Assembly (NCBI GenBank): GCA_963811325.1
Contig: CAWEQT010000002.1
Coordinates: forward strand, 316,777-380,776
Length of the DNA stretch: 64,000 nt
Reading direction: 5' to 3'
Source of the DNA: an uncultured delta proteobacterium
GTDB taxonomy: Bacteria; Desulfobacterota; Syntrophia; Syntrophales; Smithellaceae
The stretch's first letter is position 1. The number at the start of each line of letters is the position of its first letter. Both the position numbers and the translations under genes were made by a program. Below the pieces are notes generated by a model. That model did no database searches, was not told where the DNA came from, and was given only the letters and a program-made list of their open reading frames with translations. Positions 1 through 11,328 of this stretch are shown here, piece after piece.

Positions 1-1943
1 GGACGGCTTTCCTGTCTGGGAATTAACTTTCACAAACACAATGCCCTGCGGCACAGGAAATGATTCCACCGGCGTTTTTTGCAGGGCCTTTTCCATAAAA
101 TAAAGCCATATAGGAGCCGCCGTTCTTCCACCTACTTCCTGTTTCCCCAAAGTCATTTCGTGATCAAAACCCACCCAGACTCCGGTAATCAGGGAAGGAG
201 TCGCACCGATAAACCAAGCGTCACGATTATCATTTGTCGTTCCAGTTTTAGCGGCAACGGGTCTTCCTATGCCTCTAACCATCGTTCCGGTACCCTTTGT
301 CACTACATCCTGCATGACATAAGAGGTAATAAAAGCGATGCGGGGATCAATAACTTGTTCCGACTGAACCTTTGTTTCTTCAAAAACATTACCGGTGCGG
401 TCAACGATTTTTTTAATGAAAAAAGGCGTTACCTTTTTGCCCTGATTGGCCAGAACACCATAGGATTGGACAAGTTCCTGCAACGTCACACCGGATACGC
501 CTAAAGCCAATGATAATGTATGCACCAGAGGTGAAGTAATTCCCATATTCGCGGCATATGACACAACATAATCTACACCGATTTCCTGCAAAATTTTAAC
601 GGTAACAACATTGCGGGAGAGAACAAGCGCGGTTCTCATGGTAATCGGACCCATAAATTTTTCATCAAAGTTTCTCGGTTTCCAGATACCGCCTTCCTGA
701 GATGGATCTTCCAGAGCAATAGGCGAATCAACAAATACCGATGCCGGAGTCAAGCCCTTATCAAAAGCCGCTGTGTAGATAATAGGCTTAAAGGCTGAAC
801 CGGGCTGCCTCAGGGATTGTGTCGCGCGGTTGAATTCGCTTTTATTAAAATCACGTCCCCCGACCATCGCACGAATAGCGCCCGTTTTCACATCCATGCA
901 CAAAAGCGCGCCCTGAACAAGACCGGGTTGATATTTCTCCCTTTCTTCCAGCTCCTTCAGACCTTTTTCCATAGCATCGCTCGCGTATTTTTGCGCGTTT
1001 AAATCCAAAGTCGTATAAATGGAAAGACCTTCCTTGTATAGAACGTCGGCGCCATACTTTTCCTGTACATAGCGGCGGACGCTTTCCACGAAATAAGCGG
1101 CCATTTTGTCTTTTGGTTTGATTGGCCGCAATTTCAGCGGAGCGGCGGCCGCTTTTTCCATTTCTTCCTTTGATATGTAACCGTCTTCCATCATGCGCGT
1201 AAGAACGTAAAGTTGTCTTTCCTTTGCTTTCTCATAATGAAGAAACGGGGAATAGTTATTGGGAGCTTTAGGTAAAGCAGCCAGAAGGGCTGCCTCTTGC
1301 AGCTTCAGATCTTTGGCGCTTTTGCCAAAGTAACCTAATGACGCCGATTCTATTCCGTAAGTTCCGTGTCCCAGATAAATCTGGTTTAGATATAAATTAA
1401 GAATTTCATCTTTATTCAGATACTTATCAATTTTATAAGCAAGAATTGCTTCTTTGAGCTTACGAGTGTATTTTTTTTCAGGTGAAAGATACATCATCTT
1501 GGCTACCTGTTGCGTAATCGTGCTGCCTCCCTGGATGATATGCCCTGCCTCAAAATTTTTTAATACTGCTCGGGAAATGCCCAGTATATCCACACCCTTA
1601 TGCTCATAAAAACGGGAATCTTCCGCAGCAACAAAAGCATGGATCACTATCTTCGGAACTTCGGCAATCCTGACAAGTTTTCTGTCTTCCAAAAAAAATT
1701 CATCGATTAGCTGGTTGTTATCATCATAAACACGTGAGGCAATACTGGGACGATAATCTTTAAGCGCGTCAATGCCTGGTAAATCCAGCGTAAAGGCATA
1801 ATAGGCAATCGTTCCACCAACCGTCACCAGCAAGACAACAACGATTACACCCAGAAAAAGAGTAAAAAGCGAGGAAAGTTTTTTAACTTCTCCCTCTCTT
1901 TCTCTTTCAATTTTTTTATTTGACCTTCTACGGCGCAACGGCA
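1..1943 (-). CDS. mrcA: class A penicillin-binding protein 1A (glycosyltransferase + transpeptidase), C-terminus beyond window edge
   Basis: Absent from the ORF track because it runs off the window. My own translation of the minus strand from the ATG at 1941-1943 gives MPLRRRRSNKK... It has one TM helix, GT51 motifs EDSRFYEHKG and GGSTITQQ, and transpeptidase motifs SxxK (PGSAFKP) and KTGTT. The frame stays open to base 1. Confidence 0.9.
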
Positions 1944-1959
1944 TAATTTTTACCAACCA

Positions 1960-2748
1960 TTATTCTTTATTTTCGGATTCTTCTTTTTTCTTCCCGGCGA
2001 ATCGGGAAACAAATATACTCACTTCATACAAAAACATCAAGGGAATTGCCATTAATACCTGGCTTAAAGCATCCGGTGAAGGCGTTAAAATAGCGGCAAC
2101 TATAAAAATAATTAAAATAGCGTACCTTCGTTGTTTGGAAAGCATTGCAGCATTTACTATCCCCAGTTTGGTCAGGAAAAAAATAAATACCGGCAACTCA
2201 AAAGATATGCCAAATCCTAGTAAAAATGTCACAAAAAGCGACAGATAATCTTTAAATGACAGCATCGCCTGCAAATATTGATTATTAAAACTGACAAAGA
2301 ACTTAAAGGCGGGAGGCAAGGCAACAAAATATCCAAATAAAACACCGCTTATAAAAAGAATAGAGGAAGAAACCACAAAAGGAACCACATATTTTTTTTC
2401 CTTGAGCAATAATGCCGGTGAAATAAATTTCCATATCTGATAAAGAATATACGGGCTGGTAATTATCAGGGAGGCAAAAAAAGCTACTTTCATGTATGTA
2501 AAGAAAGCTTCCGTTAAACCGGTATAAATCAGATAACTGTTCTTAGGCAGAACTTGAGTTAGCGGCCTGGTAACAATATTAAAAACCACATCCTTATAAT
2601 AATAACAGATACCAAAACCTATACCAATCGCTATTAAAGAACGGGTAAGGCTTTTGCGAAGCTCTATTAAATGTTCGGTCAGAGACATTTTCCTGTCTTC
2701 GCTATTTTCGCTGTTTTCGTTATCTTTTTTATCTTCGTTATTTTCCAT
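1960..2748 (-). CDS. tatC: twin-arginine translocase subunit TatC
   Basis: 262-aa polytopic membrane ORF. It has the TatC-type N-terminal box MSLTEHLIELRKSL, preceded by an acidic 20-aa extension. It lies next to a tatA-like gene. Confidence 0.9.
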   Translation of the reverse strand: MENNEDKKDNENSENSEDRKMSLTEHLIELRKSLTRSLIAIGIGFGICYYYKDVVFNIVTRPLTQVLPKNSYLIYTGLTEAFFTYMKVAFFASLIITSPYILYQIWKFISPALLLKEKKYVVPFVVSSSILFISGVLFGYFVALPPAFKFFVSFNNQYLQAMLSFKDYLSLFVTFLLGFGISFELPVFIFFLTKLGIVNAAMLSKQRRYAILIIFIVAAILTPSPDALSQVLMAIPLMFLYEVSIFVSRFAGKKKEESENKE

Positions 2749-2840
2749 AATTCAACGTTTCGCTTATTCTTGACTTTACAATCCGGAAAAACTTATTTTT
2801 GAATTTATTGTTTGTCGGAAGTTTTATTGAATGAATCTGG

Positions 2841-3080
2841 TTAGAATTCTTCGGCATCACTTTGTTTCAACCAAGGCGAATCTTTCAGTTCATCGTCTTT
2901 TGGCTTTTCGTCGTTTTGTAATGTTTGTTTAAAATCGTCGGTTACTCCATCAAGAGCCTTACCGAATTCATTAAATCCCCTGCCAAGAGTTCTGGCCAAA
3001 TCAGGCAATTTTTTGGGATCAACGACAATTAACGCGATTACTGCAATTACAATAAGTTTCAGCATTCCTACGCCAAACAT
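2841..3080 (-). CDS. tatA: twin-arginine translocase TatA/TatB-family protein
   Basis: 79 aa. It has an N-terminal TM helix (LKLIVIAVIALIVV), a hinge plus amphipathic helix (DPKKLPDLARTLGRGFNEF) and an acidic tail. Confidence 0.85.
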   Translation of the reverse strand: MFGVGMLKLIVIAVIALIVVDPKKLPDLARTLGRGFNEFGKALDGVTDDFKQTLQNDEKPKDDELKDSPWLKQSDAEEF

Positions 3081-3312
3081 TGATAATTAATCCCCTGCTT
3101 CCATATTTGACGTATACCTATATATTGATTGCTGTTTTTGTCAATGTTTTTTGTAATATGCCTTTATCGGGATTTTATCGAATTTGTTTAATTAAAAATT
3201 AATAGAAGCATAAAATAGATATTGAAAAATCAGGGGAAATACTTTGCTCTTTAAAGCTATTTGTGATAAATAAACTAAAATTATAAATTGATTTTTACAA
3301 AAGAAGGATCGC

Positions 3313-4371
3313 TTGTCCAGAAAAACAGGTATTGTCAAGGATACAAGGTATTTACAGCATTCGGTTGGATTTGCTCATCCGGAAAGTCCGGAAAGGCTGG
3401 CGTCAATTTATGAAATGCTGGATAATCCACTGGAATCCTGGAAATTCAATTATATAGAGCCGCGTGAAGCCACTCACAAAGAGATTGAAGCCATTCATTC
3501 TCCTTCCTACGTAGAATTTATAGCGAGTACCGCAGGCAAGCGCAGTGTATATCTTGATCCTGATACAGCCACATCTCCGGAAACATACGAAATAGCAAAA
3601 CTGGCGGTCGGTGGAGTCTGTAATGCCATTGACAGCGTTATTGAAGGTAAGGTGGATAACGCGTTTGCTCTTGTACGGCCTCCGGGACACCACGCGGAAA
3701 AGGATACCGCCGCCGGTTTCTGTGTTTTTAATAATATTGCTATTGGGGCAATGCATGCCATTTTAAAGTACAATTTAAAAAAAATATTAATAGTTGATTG
3801 GGATTTACATCATGGCAACGGTACCCAACACAGTTTTTATGGCGATCAGCGTATTTTATATTTTTCCACGCACCAGTATCCCTATTACCCGGGAACGGGA
3901 GATTTGCAGGAAATCGGCCGGGGTGAGGGAGAATATTATACAATCAATATTCCTTTAAGCATGGGAGCAGGAGATTCCACTTTCGTTAAAATATTTCACA
4001 AAATTCTACAACCGGTAGCTTTGGAATATAAACCGGAATTGGTTTTATTATCCGCGGGCTTCGATACTTATTTTCAAGACCCGCTGGGCGGCATGCGCGT
4101 AACACCGAAAGGATTTGCCGCCATGACGCGCATATTGCTCAATATTGCCGATACCTGTTGCCAGGGACGTCTTGTAGCCGTGCTGGAAGGCGGTTATCAT
4201 GTAGCCGGATTAACCAAATCTGTAAAGGCTGTTCTGGAAGAGATGCTGGATGAAACACATTTTACGGAAGAAAAACTTTCTTCACTGGAAAAAGAGGTTG
4301 ATGAGGAAGCCAGTCAATCAATTATTAATAAAGTTATATCCAGAATCAGTCACTACTGGAAAGTGTTTTAA
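3313..4371 (+). CDS. histone deacetylase-family (AcuC/HDAC-like) deacetylase
   Basis: 352 aa with HDAC signatures VRPPGHHA, DWDLHHGNGTQ and LEGGYH. The start is TTG as given in the track. Confidence 0.85.
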   Translation: MSRKTGIVKDTRYLQHSVGFAHPESPERLASIYEMLDNPLESWKFNYIEPREATHKEIEAIHSPSYVEFIASTAGKRSVYLDPDTATSPETYEIAKLAVGGVCNAIDSVIEGKVDNAFALVRPPGHHAEKDTAAGFCVFNNIAIGAMHAILKYNLKKILIVDWDLHHGNGTQHSFYGDQRILYFSTHQYPYYPGTGDLQEIGRGEGEYYTINIPLSMGAGDSTFVKIFHKILQPVALEYKPELVLLSAGFDTYFQDPLGGMRVTPKGFAAMTRILLNIADTCCQGRLVAVLEGGYHVAGLTKSVKAVLEEMLDETHFTEEKLSSLEKEVDEEASQSIINKVISRISHYWKVF

Positions 4372-4386
4372 AAAGGAGGATGTGCT

Positions 4387-4674
4387 TTGAAAATAAGCTC
4401 CGGAGAAGTTGAATATGTGGCGAACTTAGCGCGTCTGGAAGTAACGGACAGGGAAAAAGAAAAATTTACCGCCCAACTCAACGATATTCTGCTTTACATA
4501 GATAAGTTAAACGAGTTAGATACCAAAGGCGTTGAGCCGATCAGCCACGCGATTGCCATAACTAACGCGTTTCGCGAAGATAAAATATTGGATTCAATCG
4601 GCACGGAAAATTCATTGGCCAACGCGCCGGACGCGCGCGGCGAGTTCTTCCGCGTGCCCAAAGTCATCGACTGA
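4387..4674 (+). CDS. gatC: Asp/Glu-tRNA amidotransferase subunit C
   Basis: 95 aa (LARLEVTDREKEKFTAQLNDIL...). An AGGAGG sequence sits about 8 nt upstream of the TTG start. It is followed by gatA and gatB. Confidence 0.9.
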   Translation: MKISSGEVEYVANLARLEVTDREKEKFTAQLNDILLYIDKLNELDTKGVEPISHAIAITNAFREDKILDSIGTENSLANAPDARGEFFRVPKVID

Positions 4675-4867
4675 CGATGCCATAAAAAGTTCCCGGTACG
4701 TGTGACCTTTAGGTTATTCGCCGGACTAAGCATCTACGTGGTTTATCCGGCGCATGCCGGATTGTGCTTCAGGCTTTGCGCACTTCGTATCTGAATCCTT
4801 TTACGACATCGTTAAAAATTTACAAGTTTGATATTTTCAAATATTCATCAATGATTTAGAGGGTACT

Positions 4868-6325
4868 ATGGAGTTACATCAGTTAACCATTCACGAATTG
4901 CAGAAAAAAATTAAAAACGGCAACATCTCGGCGACGCAGATTACTCAGTCCGTTTTTTCACGAATTGATGCTGTCGAAGAACGGGTACATTCCTACATTC
5001 GCCTGATGAAGGAAGAAGCTTTTGAGACCGCGGCAAAGGCTGACCAGAACATTAAAAACGGCGATATAAAACCATTAACCGGAATTCCCATCGCCTTAAA
5101 AGATATTGTCTGCACTAAAGGCATCACTACAACATGTGGTTCGCACATATTGCACAATTTTATTCCCCCTTATAATGCGACCGTTGTGAAAAAACTTCTA
5201 GACGCCGGAGCCATATTTGTCGGCAAAACTAACATGGATGAATTTGCCATGGGCTCTTCCACGGAAACTTCATATTTCGGCCCTACCCGCAATCCATGGG
5301 ATTTAGAGCGTATTCCCGGCGGTTCCAGCGGAGGTTCGGCCACAGCGGTTGCCGCCGATGAATGCATCGCTTCCATTGGTTCTGATACAGGAGGTTCTAT
5401 CCGCCAGCCTGCGGCGCTTTGCGGCATTGTCGGCATGAAACCGACTTATGGCCGTGTATCTCGCTTTGGTCTTATCGCGTTCGCATCATCGCTTGATCAA
5501 ATCGGCCCTTTTACCAAAGATGTGAAAGACTGTGCCATTATGATGAATGTTCTGGCAGGCTTTGATTCCAGAGAATCAACTTCCGTACCTGCGGAAGTTC
5601 CCGATTACCGGCAGTTTGCCGGACGGGATATTAAAGGCTGGAGGATAGGCATTCCCAAAGAATACTTCGTGGAAGGCATTGATCCGGAAGTGAACACCTC
5701 CATTCAAAAAGCAATCTCGGTAATCGAACAAAACGGCGGGCAATGTGTGGATATAACGCTTCCGCACACTCAATATTGTCTGGCTGTCTATTATATTATC
5801 GCTCCGGCAGAGGCCTGCTCCAATCTGGCGCGTTACGATGGCGTTAGATATGGCCATAGAGCAACCGATGTCCGCGATCTTTTGGATATGTACAAAAAGA
5901 CGCGTATGCAGGGATTCGGCGCGGAAGTTAAAAGAAGAATCATGATTGGCACTTATGCTTTATCTGCCGGCTATTACGATGCCTATTATAAAAAAGCTTC
6001 CCAGGTACGAGCTTTAATCAAGCGGGATTTTGAAGAAGCCTTTAAAAATTGCGATGTTATTCTTACTCCAACTACACCGACACCGGCTTTTAAAATCGGC
6101 GAAAAAACCGACAATCCATTACAAATGTATCTTTCCGATATTTTCACCATATCAACAAACCTTGCGGGAATTCCGGGAATTTCCGTCCCTTGCGGATTTA
6201 CTTCCGGCGGCCTGCCGATAGGAATGCAGTTTCTGGCCAGCCATTTTGAGGAAGGAAAATTAATTCAAATTGCCTCTGCTTATGAAAAGAGCGCTGAAAT
6301 TGAAAAGAGGAGGCCTTCATTATAA
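4868..6325 (+). CDS. gatA: Asp/Glu-tRNA amidotransferase subunit A
   Basis: 485 aa with the amidase signature GGSSGGSA...[12 protein letters not shown]. Confidence 0.95.
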   Translation: MELHQLTIHELQKKIKNGNISATQITQSVFSRIDAVEERVHSYIRLMKEEAFETAAKADQNIKNGDIKPLTGIPIALKDIVCTKGITTTCGSHILHNFIPPYNATVVKKLLDAGAIFVGKTNMDEFAMGSSTETSYFGPTRNPWDLERIPGGSSGGSATAVAADECIASIGSDTGGSIRQPAALCGIVGMKPTYGRVSRFGLIAFASSLDQIGPFTKDVKDCAIMMNVLAGFDSRESTSVPAEVPDYRQFAGRDIKGWRIGIPKEYFVEGIDPEVNTSIQKAISVIEQNGGQCVDITLPHTQYCLAVYYIIAPAEACSNLARYDGVRYGHRATDVRDLLDMYKKTRMQGFGAEVKRRIMIGTYALSAGYYDAYYKKASQVRALIKRDFEEAFKNCDVILTPTTPTPAFKIGEKTDNPLQMYLSDIFTISTNLAGIPGISVPCGFTSGGLPIGMQFLASHFEEGKLIQIASAYEKSAEIEKRRPSL

Positions 6326-7755
6326 TGGAATTTGAAATAGTAATCGGGCTGGAAGTTCACGCCCAACTGTTAACGGACACAAAAATTTTTTGCGGCTGTT
6401 CCACTAAATTCGGTGGAACGCCTAACAGCCATACGTGCCCTGTTTGTCTGGGCATGCCCGGAGTTCTGCCGGTTTTAAATAAAAAAGTTGTGGAATACGC
6501 CATGAAGATGGCGCTGGCGACAAATTGTGAAATTAACAAATCATGCAGCTTTGCCCGAAAAAATTATTTTTATCCCGACTTGCCCAAAGGCTATCAGATA
6601 TCGCAATACGCCTATCCGCTCGCGGAGCACGGCTATGTTTTCCTGGATGTCAACGGGACGCAAAAGAAAATAGGCATCACCAGAATTCATATGGAAGAAG
6701 ACGCCGGCAAACTGATGCACGATGAACATAACCCGTCAAGTTATGTTGATTTGAACCGCACAGGCGTTCCCTTGATTGAAATTGTCAGTGAACCGGATAT
6801 GCGTTCATCCGAAGAAGCGGCCGACTATCTCAAACGACTGCACGAAATTCTGGTTTATCTGGAAATTTGCGACGGGAATATGGAAGAAGGCTCTTTCCGC
6901 TGCGACGCCAATGTCTCCATTAGACCAAAAGGCCAGAAGGAATTCGGCACGAGAACGGAATTGAAAAATATGAATTCTTTCCGCAATGTACAGCGAGCGC
7001 TGGAGTATGAAATCAAACGTCAGCAATACATCGTGGAAAACGGCGGCACTGTTATTCAGGAAACACGTCTGTGGGATGACGCACAGGGCGCAACTAATTC
7101 CATGCGCAGCAAGGAAGAGGCTCATGACTACCGTTACTTCCCCGATCCCGATTTAGTTCCGGTTTTGGTTGATAAGCCTTGGATTGAAGAAATTAAGAAA
7201 GATATGCCCGAATTGCCACTGGCCAAACGTGAAAGATTTATCAAAGAATATCTAATTCCCGCCTACGATGCGGGCGTGCTTACCGCCGACAAGGCGCTGG
7301 CTAATTATTATGAAGAAGTGGTGAAGCTTTGCGCTCAGCCTAAAGCAGCCAGCAACTGGATAATGGGCGATGTTATGCGTTTTCTCAATGAAGAAAAGCG
7401 AGACATTCGTCAATGTCCTATCATGGCTAAATCTCTGGCCGATATGATTCGGTTGATTGACGAAGGCGCGATCAGCGGGAAAATGGCCAAAGAAATAGTT
7501 GAAGATATGTATAAAACAGGTAAATCGCCGCAGACGATTATCGAAGAAAAAGGACTGGTGCAAATTACGGATGAAGGCGAGTTGATTAAATCAATCACCT
7601 CTATCATTGAAGCAAACCCCCATCAGCTCGCGGATTATCGCGGCGGCAAGGAAAAGCTTTTCGGCTTTTTTGTCGGCCAGGTAATGAAGGCTACTCAGGG
7701 CAAAGCGAACCCACAGATCGTCAACGAACTTCTCAAAAAGATGCTTGCCGGATAA
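6325..7755 (+). CDS. gatB: Asp/Glu-tRNA amidotransferase subunit B
   Basis: 476 aa with the canonical N-terminus [15 protein letters not shown] and a cysteine cluster CGC...CPVCLG. The start overlaps the gatA stop by 1 nt. Confidence 0.95.
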   Translation: MEFEIVIGLEVHAQLLTDTKIFCGCSTKFGGTPNSHTCPVCLGMPGVLPVLNKKVVEYAMKMALATNCEINKSCSFARKNYFYPDLPKGYQISQYAYPLAEHGYVFLDVNGTQKKIGITRIHMEEDAGKLMHDEHNPSSYVDLNRTGVPLIEIVSEPDMRSSEEAADYLKRLHEILVYLEICDGNMEEGSFRCDANVSIRPKGQKEFGTRTELKNMNSFRNVQRALEYEIKRQQYIVENGGTVIQETRLWDDAQGATNSMRSKEEAHDYRYFPDPDLVPVLVDKPWIEEIKKDMPELPLAKRERFIKEYLIPAYDAGVLTADKALANYYEEVVKLCAQPKAASNWIMGDVMRFLNEEKRDIRQCPIMAKSLADMIRLIDEGAISGKMAKEIVEDMYKTGKSPQTIIEEKGLVQITDEGELIKSITSIIEANPHQLADYRGGKEKLFGFFVGQVMKATQGKANPQIVNELLKKMLAG

Positions 7756-8804
7756 TGATTAAAACAATTATTTGGAAAAATAATTCGGTGGTTTTAATTG
7801 ATCAGAACGCTCTGCCGCATGCCGAAAAATATGTTACCTGCACATCCTATAAAGAAGTAATTGCCTCCATCAAGGATTTAACCGTGCGCGGCGCTCCCGT
7901 TATCGGCGTCGCCGCCGCGATGGGCGCCGCTTTGGGAGCATTATGTCTCCCGTCCGGGCCACCAGAAAAATTCCGGAAAAATTTTTTCGCTATTTGCGAT
8001 GAAATTGCTAAGGCGCGACCAACAGCACGCAACCTCTTCTGGGCGCTGGAACGCATGAAAAAACTCTTTGATCGGACAAAAAAAGTAAACCAAAGCGAGC
8101 AGGTCACAGAACTTATCAATGAAGCCAAGCGCATTTGTTCGGAAGATATAGAAATAAACAAGCAAATGGGAAAATACGGAAGCCAGCTTCTTGCCGATGG
8201 CGAGAATATACTGACTCACTGCAACGCCGGCGCGCTGGCGACAGCCGGATATGGTACAGCGCTGGGTGTAATTCGTGCGGCCCGTGAGCAGGGCAAAAAG
8301 CTGCATATCTATGTAGACGAGACAAGGCCTGTTTTGCAGGGAGCAAGGCTCACCTCATGGGAATTAAAAAAAGAAAAAATCCCCTTCACACTGATTACGG
8401 ATAATATGGCGGGATTTCTCATGCGACAGGGAAGGATTGACAAAATTATTGTGGGAGCCGATAGAATTGCCGCCAATGGAGACACGGCCAATAAAATCGG
8501 CACCTATTCTCTGGCGGTTTTGGCTTGGGCGCACTATGTTCCGCTTTACGTGGCCGCTCCCATTTCGACAATTGATGTTTCTTTAAAAACAGGCGACGCC
8601 ATACCTATTGAAGAAAGGAAAAGTGAAGAAGTAACGTATTTTAAGGGCGTTCGCAGCGCGCCGGAAAAAACAAAAGTTTATAATCCGGCATTTGACGTAA
8701 CGCCGGCGCTATTTATCAAGGCGATTATTACCGAAAAAGGCATTTTGAAAAAACCTTATCGCATATCCATCGCTAGTCTGCATAAAGGGGAAAAGCGTTC
8801 ATGA
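7755..8804 (+). CDS. mtnA: S-methyl-5-thioribose-1-phosphate isomerase (eIF-2B alpha/beta/delta-like)
   Basis: 349 aa with DETRPVLQGARLT and VGADRIAANGDTANKIGTY motifs. It overlaps the gatB stop. Confidence 0.85.
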   Translation: MIKTIIWKNNSVVLIDQNALPHAEKYVTCTSYKEVIASIKDLTVRGAPVIGVAAAMGAALGALCLPSGPPEKFRKNFFAICDEIAKARPTARNLFWALERMKKLFDRTKKVNQSEQVTELINEAKRICSEDIEINKQMGKYGSQLLADGENILTHCNAGALATAGYGTALGVIRAAREQGKKLHIYVDETRPVLQGARLTSWELKKEKIPFTLITDNMAGFLMRQGRIDKIIVGADRIAANGDTANKIGTYSLAVLAWAHYVPLYVAAPISTIDVSLKTGDAIPIEERKSEEVTYFKGVRSAPEKTKVYNPAFDVTPALFIKAIITEKGILKKPYRISIASLHKGEKRS

Positions 8805-9415
8805 AGTTGTTTCTTTTTGATTTTGATGGTGTCCTTGTTGATTCTCTGGATGTTTATGAAAAGACTGTGACCGATTGTCTCCAAAGCATAAATCAACCGC
8901 TAATTCGCAACAGAGAAGAATTTCTGGAACTCTTCGAAGATAATTTTTATGAATCCCTGAAAAATAAAGGTATAAATTTAGATGTGTTCATGAAAAACGC
9001 CGAGGACATTCTCGCGCGGGTAAAAATTAAGAATATGAAACCTTTTCCCGCTGTCGCGCCGGTTATAGAAGAATTGCACAAGAACCATTGCCTGATTGTT
9101 ATTTCATCCAATGATTATGCATCCATTAAAGAAGCCCTAGAACTTTTTAATTACGATGGGTATTTCAGAGAAATTCTGGGGTCAGATTTTATGTTCAGCA
9201 AAAAGGAAAAAATACTTTACGCCTCAAAAAAATACCATGTTACTCTACAGGATATTTATTATATTGGTGATACAATGGGTGATATCAAGGAAGGCAAGCA
9301 GGCAGGCGTAAAAACTGTCGGTGTGACTTGGGGCTGGCACAGTAAAGAAAAAATGGCTGCAACCAAACCCGATTATCTTTTTGATAATCCAAGGCAACTA
9401 CTTATATTAAATTAG
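8801..9415 (+). CDS. HAD-superfamily hydrolase (phosphoglycolate-phosphatase-like)
   Basis: 204 aa with HAD motif I FDFDGVLVDS and motif IV GDTMGDI. It has an ATGA overlap with mtnA. Confidence 0.75.
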   Translation: MKLFLFDFDGVLVDSLDVYEKTVTDCLQSINQPLIRNREEFLELFEDNFYESLKNKGINLDVFMKNAEDILARVKIKNMKPFPAVAPVIEELHKNHCLIVISSNDYASIKEALELFNYDGYFREILGSDFMFSKKEKILYASKKYHVTLQDIYYIGDTMGDIKEGKQAGVKTVGVTWGWHSKEKMAATKPDYLFDNPRQLLILN

Positions 9416-9751
9416 GATGTTAATTTACCGATGACAGACATTCTGAAATACATAGGCTCCTTGTCTGTCCTTAAATGGATCATCCTTGTCCTCATTGCCG
9501 GCTTCATCGCCAGTTCAGCAGGATGACGGCGAAGGCCATAGCCAAAAAAATCTGGCAGCGCCTCGCGAAAAAATCGCAGTTGACAAGTGAAGGCATACTG
9601 TCGTCAGATTCAACAACTAGAGTTGCTCCGGATTTCCTAAAGTAAAAATAATCTTTAACCATGCCTGACTCAGCAGAAAAGCTCGATAAAAAAATTATCA
9701 AAGTAATGACCAAAACCAGGGAAAAAGAAGCGAAGGAGAAATAAAAAATAA

Positions 9752-10654
9752 TTAATCTACTAGAGTTTTCAAATGTGTTTCCAAAAGGCGATTTTTGTCA
9801 AAATCTTTGAGCTTCAGGTATTCAGGCTTCGTACCGGCAAAGGCACATTTAGGCACCAGACCTATTAATTCCGACTCTAATATCTCGACACCACGTTCGG
9901 CCGCTAGCTTTTCCACCTGATCATAAATAACTTTAAAAGGCGTTTCCTTACAATTAGTGAGGTTTATGGATACCTGCGCCACACCATGGTTTTTCAGGAT
10001 TACTCCGATTGCCCTAACATTTCTCAATCCGCCGTTCTTTTCCCTGATTTGTGAAGCAATATTTCGCACCAGACGCAAATCATCGGAATTTAGATTAATG
10101 TTATAAGCAACTAGCGGCTCACGCGCACCTACAGCAGTTGCGCCGGCTCGCGCGTTAAACTCGGGATTGCCAATATCGGGGGCGTCATCAGGATTAAGCA
10201 TTTTACTTTGCAGCGCTTCATAACCACCGTGGCGGACAGCGGCTAATTCCTTTCTTCCAGGCACCATTGCCGCATGGCCGTAAAAATATATGGGGACACC
10301 GAAGCGCTCATATAATTGTTGTCCGAAAGTATGAGCTAAATCAATGGCATATTTCATCTTCGCTTTACCCAATGGAATAAAAGGCACAACATCAACAGCG
10401 CCCAGACGCGGATGCACTCCGACCTGTTCGCGCATATCAATTAAATTCACAGCTTTGCCGCAAGCCGCGAGCGCCGCCTCCAGCACATCCTCCGGCTTTC
10501 CCAAAAAAGTAAAAACGCTCCGGTTATGATCGGCATCCCCGCTGAAATCGGCCAGCCGTACTCCAGGGAATGATTTAAAAACATGGGCAATCGCTGCGAT
10601 TTTTTTTCGATCGCGTCCTTCACTGAAGTTCGGCACACATTCGATAATTTTCAT
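9752..10654 (-). CDS. glutamate formimidoyltransferase (FtcD N-terminal domain type)
   Basis: The ORF track extends to 10696. MKIIECVPNFSEGRD, starting at 10654, is the canonical family N-terminus. That start lies 2 nt below the upstream stop codon. Confidence 0.85.
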   Translation of the reverse strand: MKIIECVPNFSEGRDRKKIAAIAHVFKSFPGVRLADFSGDADHNRSVFTFLGKPEDVLEAALAACGKAVNLIDMREQVGVHPRLGAVDVVPFIPLGKAKMKYAIDLAHTFGQQLYERFGVPIYFYGHAAMVPGRKELAAVRHGGYEALQSKMLNPDDAPDIGNPEFNARAGATAVGAREPLVAYNINLNSDDLRLVRNIASQIREKNGGLRNVRAIGVILKNHGVAQVSINLTNCKETPFKVIYDQVEKLAAERGVEILESELIGLVPKCAFAGTKPEYLKLKDFDKNRLLETHLKTLVD

Positions 10655-10656
10655 AT

Positions 10657-11301
10657 TTACACCTGATAAATCTTTATTTTGGGCATCTCCACACAAGTAA
10701 GTTTTCCGCCGTAAACCGCTCCGGTATCTATACCTATCATATTTTTGTTAATTAAAGGCTTATTTAAAGGAGTATGGCCAAAAACAACTATTTTACCGAA
10801 GTCATCCTCCGATTCTATGAATTCGCGCCGTATCCATAACAAATCATTCATTGTCTGCTCTCTCAGCGGCAATCCCGGCTTCATGCCGGCGTGAACAAAT
10901 ATGTAATCATCCGTTTCATAATATGGCAAAAGCGATCCGAAAAATTTCCGGTGCTCCGCAGGAATTTTACGCTTTCTTTCTTCAATATCATCCGAAAGAA
11001 AAATCCCATAGGAATGAAGGGTAATTCTGCCTCCATTATTCAAATACATTTCTTCATCCACACCTTCCAGATAATGCGCCAGCATTTGCTCATGATTACC
11101 AAGGAGACAGACTACTTTTTTATATTCACTCTGCAACCGGATAACATAATCAACAACTTCCGAGCCAAATTCACCACGATCAATATAATCGCCAATGAAA
11201 ATTAATGTGTCATTTTGATTATCGATGCCAGTTTTCGGTATCAGCTCTTTAAGCTTTTCCAGACAACCGTGAATATCTCCTATAGCAAATATTTTATTCA
11301 T
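10657..11301 (-). CDS. metallophosphoesterase (PPP-family Ser/Thr phosphatase / ApaH-like)
   Basis: 214 aa with GDIHGC, GDYIDRG, GNHE and GHT motifs. Confidence 0.8.
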   Translation of the reverse strand: MNKIFAIGDIHGCLEKLKELIPKTGIDNQNDTLIFIGDYIDRGEFGSEVVDYVIRLQSEYKKVVCLLGNHEQMLAHYLEGVDEEMYLNNGGRITLHSYGIFLSDDIEERKRKIPAEHRKFFGSLLPYYETDDYIFVHAGMKPGLPLREQTMNDLLWIRREFIESEDDFGKIVVFGHTPLNKPLINKNMIGIDTGAVYGGKLTCVEMPKIKIYQV

Positions 11302-11328
11302 AATACCTTGCCGAAGTTTCGTAATGTT

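Noticed and set aside
79-1002. Track ORFs 79-504 and 817-1002 on the plus strand.
   Set aside because: Both lie antisense within the clearly recognisable PBP1A reading frame (GT51 and transpeptidase motifs on the minus strand). They have no motifs of their own.
3403-3943. Three minus-strand ORFs (67-117 aa) overlapping the HDAC-like gene.
   Set aside because: They are antisense shadows of a well-supported CDS, with low-complexity, Cys/Arg-rich translations.
9504-9713. 69-aa minus-strand ORF in the HAD/ftcD gap.
   Set aside because: It has no SD and no recognisable motif. It overlaps more plausible, though themselves doubtful, plus-strand mini-ORFs.
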